DNA of 64,000 nt. It comes from Campylobacterales bacterium (GTDB lineage Bacteria > Campylobacterota > Campylobacteria > Campylobacterales > QNZT01). The stretch is from contig JALVVR010000041.1 of assembly GCA_027023305.1 (NCBI GenBank), positions 11,029 through 75,028 of the forward strand, given 5' to 3'. Shown here in pieces: positions 43,378 through 51,847 of this stretch; position 1 is the stretch's first letter; each line of letters opens with the position of its first letter. The translations under genes were made by a program, and so were the position numbers. The notes under the pieces were generated by a model. That model was not told where the DNA came from. It worked only from the letters and a program-made list of their open reading frames with translations, and did not search any database.

Positions 43378-45390
43378 TTATATTGAAATCTCTTTTATAT
43401 CGGCTATAGCTTTAAAAGATTTATAAATATTTGCTATCAAAGCTTTTCTATTTTGTTTTATAGCCTCATTTTTATCATTTACCATAACTTTATCAAAAAA
43501 GTTATCAATTTGAGGTTTTAAGCCAAAAAGAGCTTCCAATTTTTCTTCAAAGCTATAATACTCTTTTTCGTTAACTAATTTATAATAAGAGTTTAACTGC
43601 TCTTCAGATTCTTCACTAAACAGCTTTTCATCTACTTTTAATTCATCATCTAAGTTTATATCTTTTACTATATTTGCAACTCTTTTAAAAGTAGAGTTTA
43701 TCTCTTTAAAGTTATCTTTTTTTGTCATGACAAGAAGTGCTTTTATCTTTTTATCTATGTTTAAAAAGTTTTTCTCATTTGTATGCAATACAGCCCATAC
43801 GATGGATGGATTTATATCATAAAAACCAACTATTCTCTCACAAATAAAATCTTCTAATCTTTTAAAATCAAACTCTTTATAGTTTTTACTTAGTTTTTTT
43901 AAATCATCAAAGCCAAAGTCAAACCCTCTATCTAAAATGATTTTATAAACCCCAATGACTGCTCGTCTCAGAGCAAATGGGTCTTTAGTTCCAGTTGGGA
44001 TTTTCCCTATACTAAACATAGCTAAAAGTGAATCTAGCTTATAAGAGAGTGCAACAAGAGCTGAAAAGTCAGAGCTTGGAAGAAGACTATCCTCTCCATC
44101 TGGAAGATACTGCTCTTTCAACCCAAAAGCTATTTTCTCATCAAGTCCTTGTTTTTTAGCATAGTAGTAACCCATAAGTCCTTGAAGTTCTGTAAATTCA
44201 TAAACCATATCAGTTACAAGGTCAGCTTTTGAGAGCATAACAGCTTCTTCTACTTTTTGACTATCATCAGTTTTGTATTTATCATTTAGGTATAAAGCTA
44301 TATCCTTTTCTCTAAGCTCTTTATCATACATACTTCCAAGCTCATTCATGAACACTATAGATTTTAATGGTTCAGGGTTTAGAGGGTTTTTCAAGTCATT
44401 TTCCCAAAAGAACATACCATCACTCAGTCTTGCACGAAGGACTTTTTCATTTCCAGCAATAATCAGACTTAAATCATCACTTATCGAGTTTGTAACTACT
44501 ATAAAGTTGTTTGAAAGTTTGTTATCTTTAAAAGTTGGAAAATATCTTTGATGCTCTTTCATGCTAGTTATGATAACTTCTGGTGGAAGAGCTAAAAACT
44601 CTTTGTCAAACTCGCCAAAAGCTGAGTTTGGATACTCAGTGATAGCTACAACTTCTGCTAAAAGTTCTTCATCTATTTCAATAGTGCAAGAGTGTTTTTC
44701 TTCTATCTTTTTAAACTGCGAAAGGATTATCTCCTCTCTTTGGGCAGGGTTATATATAATATTTCCTTCGCTTAAAAGTTTAAAAAACTCTTCAAAAGAG
44801 CTATAATTTTTAGGCTCGTAAGAGGTCGTTCTATGAAGATATGTAAAATCTCCACTTTTTACACCAAATCTCTCAAACTCTAAAAACTCACTTCCTAAAA
44901 GAGCACCAAGCCATCTAATAGGTCTTATAAAACTCTCTTTATTGTCTCCCCATCTCATAGATTTTCCAAACTCTAGTGAGTTTAAAAACTCTTCTATGAT
45001 AGTTGGTAGTAACTCTTTTGAGTCTTTTCCTTTTATGTTTTTTTCATAACACAAAACCTCTTTATCACCTTTTTGGCACTTTGAAATTTCACTGATATCA
45101 ACTCCACACTTTTTAGCAAACCCTATCGCAGCTGGAGTTGGTTTATCATCTTTGAAAGCTATTGCTGTTGGTGCACCACAAAGAGTTTGTTTAACATCAT
45201 CTTGTTTTAGTTTAAAACTTTTGTGTAAAAAAATCAATCGCCTAGGAGTATAAAAAAATTCAAAACTACTATCAAGGTTGTAATTTTTTAAGATTTTGCT
45301 CCATTTGTCTTTTATGTTTGGTAATTCTTTCAAAAATGGTATAGCTGGAAGTTCCTCTACACCTATCTCAACTAAAAGAGAATCTGTCAT
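43378..45390 (-). CDS. glyS: glycine--tRNA ligase beta subunit
   Basis: 670 aa. The N-terminus LLVEIGVEELPA and the motifs TPRRL and GTKDPFALRRA are GlyS hallmarks. Confidence 0.95.
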   Translation of the reverse strand: MTDSLLVEIGVEELPAIPFLKELPNIKDKWSKILKNYNLDSSFEFFYTPRRLIFLHKSFKLKQDDVKQTLCGAPTAIAFKDDKPTPAAIGFAKKCGVDISEISKCQKGDKEVLCYEKNIKGKDSKELLPTIIEEFLNSLEFGKSMRWGDNKESFIRPIRWLGALLGSEFLEFERFGVKSGDFTYLHRTTSYEPKNYSSFEEFFKLLSEGNIIYNPAQREEIILSQFKKIEEKHSCTIEIDEELLAEVVAITEYPNSAFGEFDKEFLALPPEVIITSMKEHQRYFPTFKDNKLSNNFIVVTNSISDDLSLIIAGNEKVLRARLSDGMFFWENDLKNPLNPEPLKSIVFMNELGSMYDKELREKDIALYLNDKYKTDDSQKVEEAVMLSKADLVTDMVYEFTELQGLMGYYYAKKQGLDEKIAFGLKEQYLPDGEDSLLPSSDFSALVALSYKLDSLLAMFSIGKIPTGTKDPFALRRAVIGVYKIILDRGFDFGFDDLKKLSKNYKEFDFKRLEDFICERIVGFYDINPSIVWAVLHTNEKNFLNIDKKIKALLVMTKKDNFKEINSTFKRVANIVKDINLDDELKVDEKLFSEESEEQLNSYYKLVNEKEYYSFEEKLEALFGLKPQIDNFFDKVMVNDKNEAIKQNRKALIANIYKSFKAIADIKEISI

Positions 45391-45418
45391 GATTTGCCTT
45401 TTGATATAAAATGTCGCG

Positions 45419-45427
45419 ATTTTAGCA
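45419..45427 (-). promoter_or_regulatory. extended -10 promoter element TGCTAAAAT (glyS)
   Basis: The minus strand reads TTTGCTAAAAT. The start-codon-proximal end of the element (45419) lies 29 nt from the ATG at 45390. Confidence 0.45.
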
Positions 45428-45519
45428 AATTTGGGGTTAAAAAAAGATTTTTAAAAACTTTTGATTAATTTAATATTTTTTTAAGCAAAGCAAAGATATA
45501 ATCACATCTCAAATTCAGA

Positions 45520-45596
45520 GGGTCTATAGCTCAGTTGGTTAGAGCACTCGGCTCATAACCGAGTGGTCCCAGGTTCGAATCCTGGTGGACCCACCA
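45520..45596 (+). tRNA. tRNA with anticodon CAT (elongator Met, or Ile2 if lysidinylated)
   Basis: I folded the 77-nt cloverleaf by hand. Acceptor stem GGGTCTA/TGGACCC, D arm GCTC/GAGC, anticodon stem CTCGG/CCGAG with loop CTCATAA (CAT at 45554-45556), T arm CCAGG-TTCGAAT-CCTGG, and an encoded CCA. The G1-C72 pair rules out an initiator tRNA. Confidence 0.93.
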
Positions 45597-45811
45597 ACTT
45601 CAAGTCAAAACACTATCTTTTTACTGGTTTTAATCTAAGTCTTAATCTGTTACCTTTTAACAGATAAATTGTCGTTATTAGTATTTGTATCATTTGATTT
45701 TCCTTTATTAGTTTTGTGTATGCAAAGTACTCAGCAAAAGGTGTACCAATTTTTACTTTATAGTGAGTTATTATATTATATTTGACTTTTAAATAATTTT
45801 ATACTTTTATC

Positions 45812-46495
45812 TTATTTTAAAGTAAATTCTATATGTTTAAATTTCATGATGTCTTTATTGTATTTCAAAAAATATTTTGCTGATTTATCTAAATCTATTT
45901 TGTTTGAGCTTATGAAGTGAAAAATCACATTATTATTCAACATATTTCTTCTTTTCATATAGATATAACAATTGCCAATAAATTCTTTTAATAAAGAATG
46001 ATTTAGTTTATACTCACTCGCAGTACTCCAGTTTTTACACTGTATAAGGTAGGTTTTACTGTTTTTATATGCTACTAAGTCAACTCCATTATCTTTTGTT
46101 CCATATTTTGTTCCATATTTTAGTCCATTATAAGATATTTTAAACCCATTATTTATGTAAAGTTGCGCTATAAACTTTTCATACTCATCACCTTTCTTCC
46201 TCAAATTTTTATTATAATCTATATCCCAAGAAAATCCATTTAAACTTATACTATATTCAATTCCTGTTCTTATATATTCATGTTTATTAGTTCTTAATCT
46301 TGTTATATTTTTTAGATTTTTTTCATCTGAGTAATACACCTTTATATTTGCAGTGCCTTTATAATAAACTGTAAATTTTATCACTGCATTATGAATACTA
46401 TTATTTCTAAAAAAATATCTTTCTAAATCTAGTTTTTTGTTTCTATCATAATCAGTTAAATCTTCTCTTTTATTATCTTCATAGTATTTAAACAC
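45812..46495 (-). CDS. restriction endonuclease-like (Mrr_cat/NERD-type) protein, 3' part of an interrupted gene
   Basis: 227 aa. GDEYEKFIAQLYINNGFKISYNG...DNGVDLVAYKNSKTYLIQCKNW matches the Mrr-type catalytic core (E..., D.G(I/V)D, (E/Q)xK). The frame stays open upstream of the GTG start but has no ATG there. Confidence 0.6.
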   Translation of the reverse strand: MFKYYEDNKREDLTDYDRNKKLDLERYFFRNNSIHNAVIKFTVYYKGTANIKVYYSDEKNLKNITRLRTNKHEYIRTGIEYSISLNGFSWDIDYNKNLRKKGDEYEKFIAQLYINNGFKISYNGLKYGTKYGTKDNGVDLVAYKNSKTYLIQCKNWSTASEYKLNHSLLKEFIGNCYIYMKRRNMLNNNVIFHFISSNKIDLDKSAKYFLKYNKDIMKFKHIEFTLK

Positions 46496-46506
46496 ATATA
46501 ACTCTC

Positions 46507-46600
46507 CCTCAACACTATCTTTAATAACTTTTAAGTACAGGCAATCAATAGGACAATCTCATACCAAAGGCCTCAACACTATCTTTAATAACTTTTAAGT
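46507..46600. repeat. perfect 30-bp direct repeat (46507-46536 and 46571-46600) flanking 34 bp of unrelated sequence
   Basis: cctcaacactatctttaataacttttaagt is identical base for base at both positions, with an offset of 64 bp. Confidence 0.95.
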
Positions 46601-46688
46601 CTTCTTGATTTATATCTTCATTAATTACACTTTTTAACTCTTTTTTATATGGAAACTTATTGATAATTACTGTTTTATTTGCTTTCAT
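46545..46688 (-). pseudogene. 47-codon 5' fragment of the Mrr-like gene, displaced by a 64-bp insertion/duplication
   Basis: My translation is MKANKTVIINKFPYKKELKSVINEDINQEDLKVIKDSVEAFGMRLSY*. The LKVIKDSVE segment is encoded by the second copy of a 30-bp direct repeat. The first copy encodes the same peptide in the frame of 45812..46495. Confidence 0.55.
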
Positions 46689-46864
46689 AATTTTACCTTT
46701 TAGATACAACAAAGTTTTATTATCTACATATCAATGAAGATTCGTAGGTATGGTGATAACTTCTATAGTACTTTATCATGATTTTATTTTAATATTTTAC
46801 ATTTACACTTCTTTTGCTATCATAATCAAAAGGAAATTTCACGAACAAAGAACAAAAAATAGCT

Positions 46865-47275
46865 GTGCTTATAGATGCTGAAAATGCAAGTATGAAGTCT
46901 CTTAACTCTATACTCATAGAACTAAGTAAATATGGTCATATTATCGTTAAAAGAGCTTATGGTGATTGGAGTAGTAATTACTTGAAGAACTGGTCAAAGA
47001 CTATGAATGAATTGGTTATACAACCTATCCAGCAGTTTAGTTATACTCAGGGGAAAAACTCTTCTGATGCTGTGCTTATTATAGATGCTATGGATCTTTT
47101 GTACTCTGAGAAATTTGATGCTTTTGCTATCATCTCAAGTGATAGTGACTTTACAAAACTAGCCTCTCGTCTTAAAGAATCTCAGATTATAGAGGATACT
47201 AAAAAGTTTGATATGCTAAGAAAAAGTGTAGAAAACTCTGATAAAAAAGTAGTTTGGCTTAGAGATATAAGCTAA
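46865..47275 (+). CDS. NYN (LabA-like) domain protein, probably truncated or decaying
   Basis: LIDAENAS...VKRAYGDWS...GKNSSDAVLIIDAMDLLY...FAIISSDSDFTKLASRLKE is the NYN/LabA core. The protein is short (136 aa), and the position where a start codon is expected after the RBS holds ACG (46841). Confidence 0.6.
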   Translation: MLIDAENASMKSLNSILIELSKYGHIIVKRAYGDWSSNYLKNWSKTMNELVIQPIQQFSYTQGKNSSDAVLIIDAMDLLYSEKFDAFAIISSDSDFTKLASRLKESQIIEDTKKFDMLRKSVENSDKKVVWLRDIS

Positions 47276-47357
47276 TATGGGAAGAGATGAAATAGTATAT
47301 TTAACCCAACATTAACTATAAAAAACTAAACTATAAAAAACTATTTTAGGACTTTTC

Positions 47358-49034
47358 ATGAAACATTTACTTTTTTTAACACTGTTTTTAACTTCTCTTT
47401 TCTCTTTTGGAGGGAAATTTTTACCAGCTGATAAAGCTTTTGGGATTGATTCTAAAGTTGTTGGAAGTGATGTGGTTGTTGATATTAAGTTAGCAAAAGA
47501 TATTCATGTGTATGAAAAAGAGTTTAAGTTTTTAGTTACTAAGCCTAAAAAAGATGATATAAGTGGATTTGCTATCAAACCAAAGGCTCATAAAGATAGC
47601 ATGGGAATGATGGTTTATAACAAGAGTTTGAGTATAAAAATCCCACTTGAAAAGATAAATCAAAAAAACTTTACCCTAAAAGTTGAGCTTATGGGTTGTA
47701 GTGATAAAGGACTTTGTTATCCACCCTACTCTAAGAGTTTTGATTTAGAAGCTAGTGGTGTTAAAAGTCAAGATACAAAAAAAGACATAAGTGAAGAGGG
47801 AAAGATAGTAGATACCCTAAAAAATGGCTCTCTTTTTAGCATAGTGGCTATGTTTTTTGGATTTGGACTTCTTTTGGCTTTGACTCCTTGTATCTTTCCT
47901 ATGATACCTATACTCTCTTCTATCATCGTATCTTCATCTAAAGACAAAGAGATGACATCTTTAAAAGGAGTTGGTTTATCTTTAGTTTATATACTTTCTA
48001 TGAGTATAGCTTATACGATAGCTGGTGTTTTGGCAGGGCTTTTTGGCTCGCAGTTTAATATACAAGCTATGATGCAAAATCCTTATGTGATAGTAGCTTT
48101 TGCTCTTATATTTGTAGCTTTGGCATTTTCTATGTTTGGTTACTATGCAATAGAGCTTCCACAATCTCTACAAAACAAACTAAATGCAAAGTCAAATAAA
48201 GCAGGAGATAGAGGAGGACTTATAGGTGTTGCTATCATGGGGTTTTTATCTGCTTTGATAGTTGGTCCTTGTGTTGCCCCTGCTTTAGCTGGAGCTTTGG
48301 TTTACATAGGTCAAACGGGGGATGCTTTTATAGGTGGGTTAGCTCTTTTTGTTATGAGTCTTGGTATGGGAGTGCCACTTTTGTTTGTAGGAGCTGGAGC
48401 TGGTAAGTTTATGCCAAAACCTGGAGGATGGATGAGCAAAGTTTCTCAAATCTTTGGAGTGATAATGCTTCTTATATCTCTTTGGATGATAGATAGGATA
48501 GTAGAACCTCATATCATGATGTATGTATGGGCTGGATTTTTTGCTTTAATGGGCTTGATAGGATTGTTTAAAAAAGTGTTTGTTATACCATCAGTTATCT
48601 TTGTCATGATAGGTGGAGTTTTATTTTATGGAGGAGTTAAAGGAGCTACAAATCCTCTAAAACCTTTTGAAGTAAGTAAGAGTAGTTTAAACTTTGAGTA
48701 TGTAGATGAAAAAAAGCTTGACCAAATAGTAAAAAACTCAAAAGAACCAGTGCTAGTTGACTTTACTGCTAAGTGGTGTGTTTCATGTAAAGAGCTTGAA
48801 GAGATAACTTTTAGAGATGAAAAAGTAGTGGCTCTTATGAAAAGATTTAAACTTTTAAGAGTTGATATAACAAAGAACACTAGTGAAGATAAAAAACTAC
48901 TAGATAGATTTTCTATAGTCGGACCACCTGCTATTTTGTTTTTCAAAGATGGAAAAGAGCTTAAAAGTAAAAAGATTATAGGATATAAAGAGCCTAGAGA
49001 GTTTGAAGAAAAGTTAAGAGAGGTTTTAAAATAA
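47358..49034 (+). CDS. dsbD: thiol:disulfide interchange protein DsbD
   Basis: 558 aa. It has an N-terminal periplasmic domain and a central multi-TM region with Cys motifs (TPCIFPMIP, VGPCVAP). The C-terminal thioredoxin domain carries WCVSCK. Confidence 0.9.
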   Translation: MKHLLFLTLFLTSLFSFGGKFLPADKAFGIDSKVVGSDVVVDIKLAKDIHVYEKEFKFLVTKPKKDDISGFAIKPKAHKDSMGMMVYNKSLSIKIPLEKINQKNFTLKVELMGCSDKGLCYPPYSKSFDLEASGVKSQDTKKDISEEGKIVDTLKNGSLFSIVAMFFGFGLLLALTPCIFPMIPILSSIIVSSSKDKEMTSLKGVGLSLVYILSMSIAYTIAGVLAGLFGSQFNIQAMMQNPYVIVAFALIFVALAFSMFGYYAIELPQSLQNKLNAKSNKAGDRGGLIGVAIMGFLSALIVGPCVAPALAGALVYIGQTGDAFIGGLALFVMSLGMGVPLLFVGAGAGKFMPKPGGWMSKVSQIFGVIMLLISLWMIDRIVEPHIMMYVWAGFFALMGLIGLFKKVFVIPSVIFVMIGGVLFYGGVKGATNPLKPFEVSKSSLNFEYVDEKKLDQIVKNSKEPVLVDFTAKWCVSCKELEEITFRDEKVVALMKRFKLLRVDITKNTSEDKKLLDRFSIVGPPAILFFKDGKELKSKKIIGYKEPREFEEKLREVLK

Positions 49035-49037
49035 AAT

Positions 49038-49046
49038 TGCTAAAAT
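49038..49046 (+). promoter_or_regulatory. extended -10 promoter element TGCTAAAAT (antitoxin/toxin pair)
   Basis: ATTGCTAAAAT. The 3' end of the element (49046) lies 31 nt from the GTG at 49077. RBS is AAGGAAA. Confidence 0.4.
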
Positions 49047-49076
49047 ACTATCAAAAGTAAGTATAAAGGAAATAGT

Positions 49077-49400
49077 GTGCAAAGTGTTGGTATAAAAGAT
49101 TTACAGATAAATCCAGCTATTTTAACTAAGTCTTTAGAAAATAATGAATTATCTTTGATAACTAAAAGAAGCAAACCAATCGGTCTTGCTATATCATTTG
49201 ATGAAGATATAGTTACAAATGGTTTGAAAAACACTCTTATGATAAATAGTTTTAAAAATGGAGATTTAAGTCTTGGACAGTTAAGTAAGGCTTTAGGGAA
49301 AAACAAACTAGAAAGTATGAAACTTTTGTCTATGATGGGAGTTGATGTAATTGATTATGATTTAGATGAGGATTTAGAAAATATCAAAGAGTTTTTATGA
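49077..49400 (+). CDS. type II antitoxin, Phd/YefM-like N-terminus fused to a UPF0175 domain
   Basis: 107 aa. GIKDLQINPAILTKSLENNELSLITKRSKPIGLAIS is Phd/YefM-like. GDLSLGQLSKALGKNKLESMKLLSMMGVDVIDYDLDE is UPF0175-like. The gene overlaps the downstream toxin gene by 4 nt. Confidence 0.6.
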   Translation: MQSVGIKDLQINPAILTKSLENNELSLITKRSKPIGLAISFDEDIVTNGLKNTLMINSFKNGDLSLGQLSKALGKNKLESMKLLSMMGVDVIDYDLDEDLENIKEFL

Positions 49401-49861
49401 TAGTTAGTGATAGCTCTACTCTTATCATACTTTTTGATTTAGGAAAAATTGATTATCTATCAAATATCTTTAAAAAAGTATATATCCTTCAAAAGGTTTT
49501 CAAAGAAATATCTCATAAAAAAAAGATAGATTTGCCTTCTTTTATAGAAGTTGTTACGATACAGGATATAGAAGAATTAGAGATTATAAAAATGCTCTTA
49601 GATGATGGAGAGAGTGAAGCTATACTCTTAGCAAATGAGTTAAATAAACCTCTTTTGATAGATGAAAAGAAGGGAAGAAAAATAGCTAAAAATAGAGGTA
49701 TAAAAATAATAGGACTTTTAGGAGTACTTTTGCTAAACTATAAAAAAGATTATCTAAAAAAAGATGAAATACTACTTTTTTTAAAAGATGCTCTAAGTCA
49801 TGGATATAGAATATCCGAAAAATTACTTAATAAATTTACAAAGGAATTAGAATGCTACTAA
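49397..49861 (+). CDS. PIN-like toxin (DUF3368 family)
   Basis: 154 aa. MIVSDSSTLI... and GESEAILLANELN..LLIDEKKGRKIAKNRGIKIIGLLGVL are characteristic of DUF3368 PIN-like nucleases, which pair with UPF0175 antitoxins. Confidence 0.6.
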   Translation: MIVSDSSTLIILFDLGKIDYLSNIFKKVYILQKVFKEISHKKKIDLPSFIEVVTIQDIEELEIIKMLLDDGESEAILLANELNKPLLIDEKKGRKIAKNRGIKIIGLLGVLLLNYKKDYLKKDEILLFLKDALSHGYRISEKLLNKFTKELECY

Positions 49862-51051
49862 CAACAGGAATAATATACTTTTTATATATCCTACTAAAGA
49901 TATATATCTCAGTGATGGAGATAGGATATGTTTCAAGAGAGAAAGGTGAAACCCCTGTGATACTTTTACCGTCAAACTATGTAAAAGCTGCTCGGTACAA
50001 GATTGCTAGTGAGAGGATGAGTATCTTGAGTGATTTTGTGGATTATGGGATGTTTTTGTTTTGGATTGGATTTGGACTTAGGTGGCTTGATAGTGTTGTC
50101 ATGATAGATGATGTTTTGCTTAAAAGTGTGGTTTATCTACTTAGTTTTTTGGGGATAAACTATCTTGTTTCCCTTCCATTTGAGATATATAAAAGTTTTT
50201 TCTTGGATAAAAAATTTGGTTTTTCAAACATAAGTCCCAAGCTTTTTATCACTGATCAAATGAAATCTATACTCTTGACTTCCATATTTGGTGGTGGTGT
50301 TATATATGTGATAGCTATGATTATCCAAAAGTTTGAGAGTTGGTGGCTTTATGGATTTGGAGTTGTTTTTTTGTTGATACTTTTTATCAACATGATTTAC
50401 CCTACCCTTATCGCTCCTATCTTTAATAAGTTTGAGATTTTAAAAGATGAGGATTTGAAAAGTTCTATCGAAAATCTTTTGCAAAAATCAGGACTTAAAG
50501 CAAGTGGAGTTTTTACCATAGATGCGAGTAAAAGGGATAATCGACTAAATGCTTATTTTGGAGGGCTTGGAAAATCAAAAAGAGTTGTATTGTACGACAC
50601 ACTTATAAAAAAGCTTAGTAAAAATGAACTCTTAGCAGTTTTAGGGCATGAGTTAGGGCATTTTAAACATAGGGATATATTTAAAAACATTTTCATGATG
50701 GGAGGGCTGATGTTTTTGATGTTTTATATCTTTGGAAACTTGCCAGTTGAACTTTTTAATGCAGTAGGAGTTGTGAAAACTCCTTATGCTGTATTGGCTA
50801 TGTTTTTGCTTTTTTCTCCTATTTTATCATTTTTGTTTATGCCTATATTTGGATTAGTAAGTCGTGCAAATGAGTATGCAGCTGATGAGTATGGTGCAGA
50901 GTGTGAAGATGAAGTATCTTTGGCAAATGCACTAGAGAAACTAGCAAATGAAAACAAATCATTTCCGAAATCTCATCCTGTTTATATATTTTTCTATTTC
51001 ACTCATCCACCACTTGTTGAGAGACTTAAAAGACTTGGCAAAAAAATATAG
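49852..51051 (+). CDS. M48 family zinc metalloprotease (Ste24/HtpX-like)
   Basis: 399 aa, multi-TM, with the HELGHFKHRD zinc motif (HExxH) and a downstream EYAADEYG. Confidence 0.85.
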   Translation: MLLTTGIIYFLYILLKIYISVMEIGYVSREKGETPVILLPSNYVKAARYKIASERMSILSDFVDYGMFLFWIGFGLRWLDSVVMIDDVLLKSVVYLLSFLGINYLVSLPFEIYKSFFLDKKFGFSNISPKLFITDQMKSILLTSIFGGGVIYVIAMIIQKFESWWLYGFGVVFLLILFINMIYPTLIAPIFNKFEILKDEDLKSSIENLLQKSGLKASGVFTIDASKRDNRLNAYFGGLGKSKRVVLYDTLIKKLSKNELLAVLGHELGHFKHRDIFKNIFMMGGLMFLMFYIFGNLPVELFNAVGVVKTPYAVLAMFLLFSPILSFLFMPIFGLVSRANEYAADEYGAECEDEVSLANALEKLANENKSFPKSHPVYIFFYFTHPPLVERLKRLGKKI

Positions 51052-51847
51052 TATAAAGGAGGCAATAAAAGAAGCCTCCCAAACTCTCTCTCATATAGAA
51101 AACCCTCAAAAAGAGGCTAGACTACTTCTTTGTCACTTTTTGCAAAAAGATAACACATATTTAATACTTCATGAAAATGACTTAGTAGATGAAAAGTATT
51201 TTGAGTTAGTAAAGCAAAGAGCTAAAGATATTCCACTTGAATATATAACTAAAGAGGTTAGCTTTTATGGAGAAAAGTTTTTTATAGACTTTGAGTGCCT
51301 TATCCCTCGTCCTGAAACTGAGATACTTATAGATGAGATTTTAAAACTAGATTTACCAAAAAATCCAAAAGTAGCAGAGATAGGAGTTGGTAGTGGGATA
51401 ATATCTATCATGATAAACAAACTTTTAGGAGCTTCGTTAATAGCTTCAGATATAAATCCTAAAGCAATAGAGATTGCTAAAAAGAACATAGAACTTTTTA
51501 ATGCTAAAGATATAAAAATAGTTCAAACATCCTATCTTAACGGGATAGATGAAGAATTTGACTTAATAGTTTCAAATCCTCCATATATAAAAAACGATTT
51601 TAAAATAGATAAAAATCTAACCTATGAACCACGATCTGCTTTGTTTGGTGGAGAGGTGGGAGATGAGATTTTAAAAAATATAGTTGATTTGGCTATAATT
51701 AAAAAACCAAAATACTTAGCTTGTGAAATGGGATATGACCAGAGAGTTCCTTTAAGTGAGTATTTTTTAAAAAATGGCTTGGAGAAGTTTTATTTTTATA
51801 AAGACTTAGCTGGGTTTGATAGAGGATTTATCGTTGAGTTTGATTGA
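51035..51847 (+). CDS. prmC: peptide chain release factor N5-glutamine methyltransferase
   Basis: Contains the SAM motif EIGVGSGII and the catalytic NPPY. The ORF track begins at 50948, inside the M48 gene. The first plausible in-frame start near the M48 stop is the TTG at 51035 (LAKKYSIKEA...). Confidence 0.8.
   Translation: MAKKYSIKEAIKEASQTLSHIENPQKEARLLLCHFLQKDNTYLILHENDLVDEKYFELVKQRAKDIPLEYITKEVSFYGEKFFIDFECLIPRPETEILIDEILKLDLPKNPKVAEIGVGSGIISIMINKLLGASLIASDINPKAIEIAKKNIELFNAKDIKIVQTSYLNGIDEEFDLIVSNPPYIKNDFKIDKNLTYEPRSALFGGEVGDEILKNIVDLAIIKKPKYLACEMGYDQRVPLSEYFLKNGLEKFYFYKDLAGFDRGFIVEFD

Noticed and set aside
43397-43423. A further TAAA-N15-GCCGATAT match (minus strand) inside the last codons of glyS, 39 nt upstream of the ctpA ATG.
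   Set aside because: It lies in coding sequence (…AIADIKE…), and about one chance GCCGATAT is expected in this window. It could still be a real internal promoter for ctpA, so I left it out of the feature list rather than disproving it.
47314-47343. A perfect 15-bp tandem duplication aactataaaaaacta x2 just upstream of dsbD.
   Set aside because: The duplication is real in the sequence. It is short, A-rich and typical of slippage in AT-rich intergenic DNA. It may simply duplicate a TATAAA -10-like element, and nothing here lets me assign a function.
45597-47357. An active integrative element at the tRNA-Met gene.
   Set aside because: There is no integrase or recombinase ORF. I found no direct repeat of the tRNA 3' end at the distal boundary; only a weak acccaaca near 47305.
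49040-49306. An 88-aa minus-strand ORF opposite the antitoxin gene.
   Set aside because: It is a hydrophobic, low-complexity shadow ORF. The plus-strand gene has recognisable antitoxin motifs, an RBS and a promoter.
50948-51051. An apparent 104-nt overlap between the M48 protease gene and prmC.
   Set aside because: It is an artefact of taking the longest ORF. The overlapping N-terminal extension has no RBS, and an in-frame TTG at 51035 gives a normal PrmC N-terminus.
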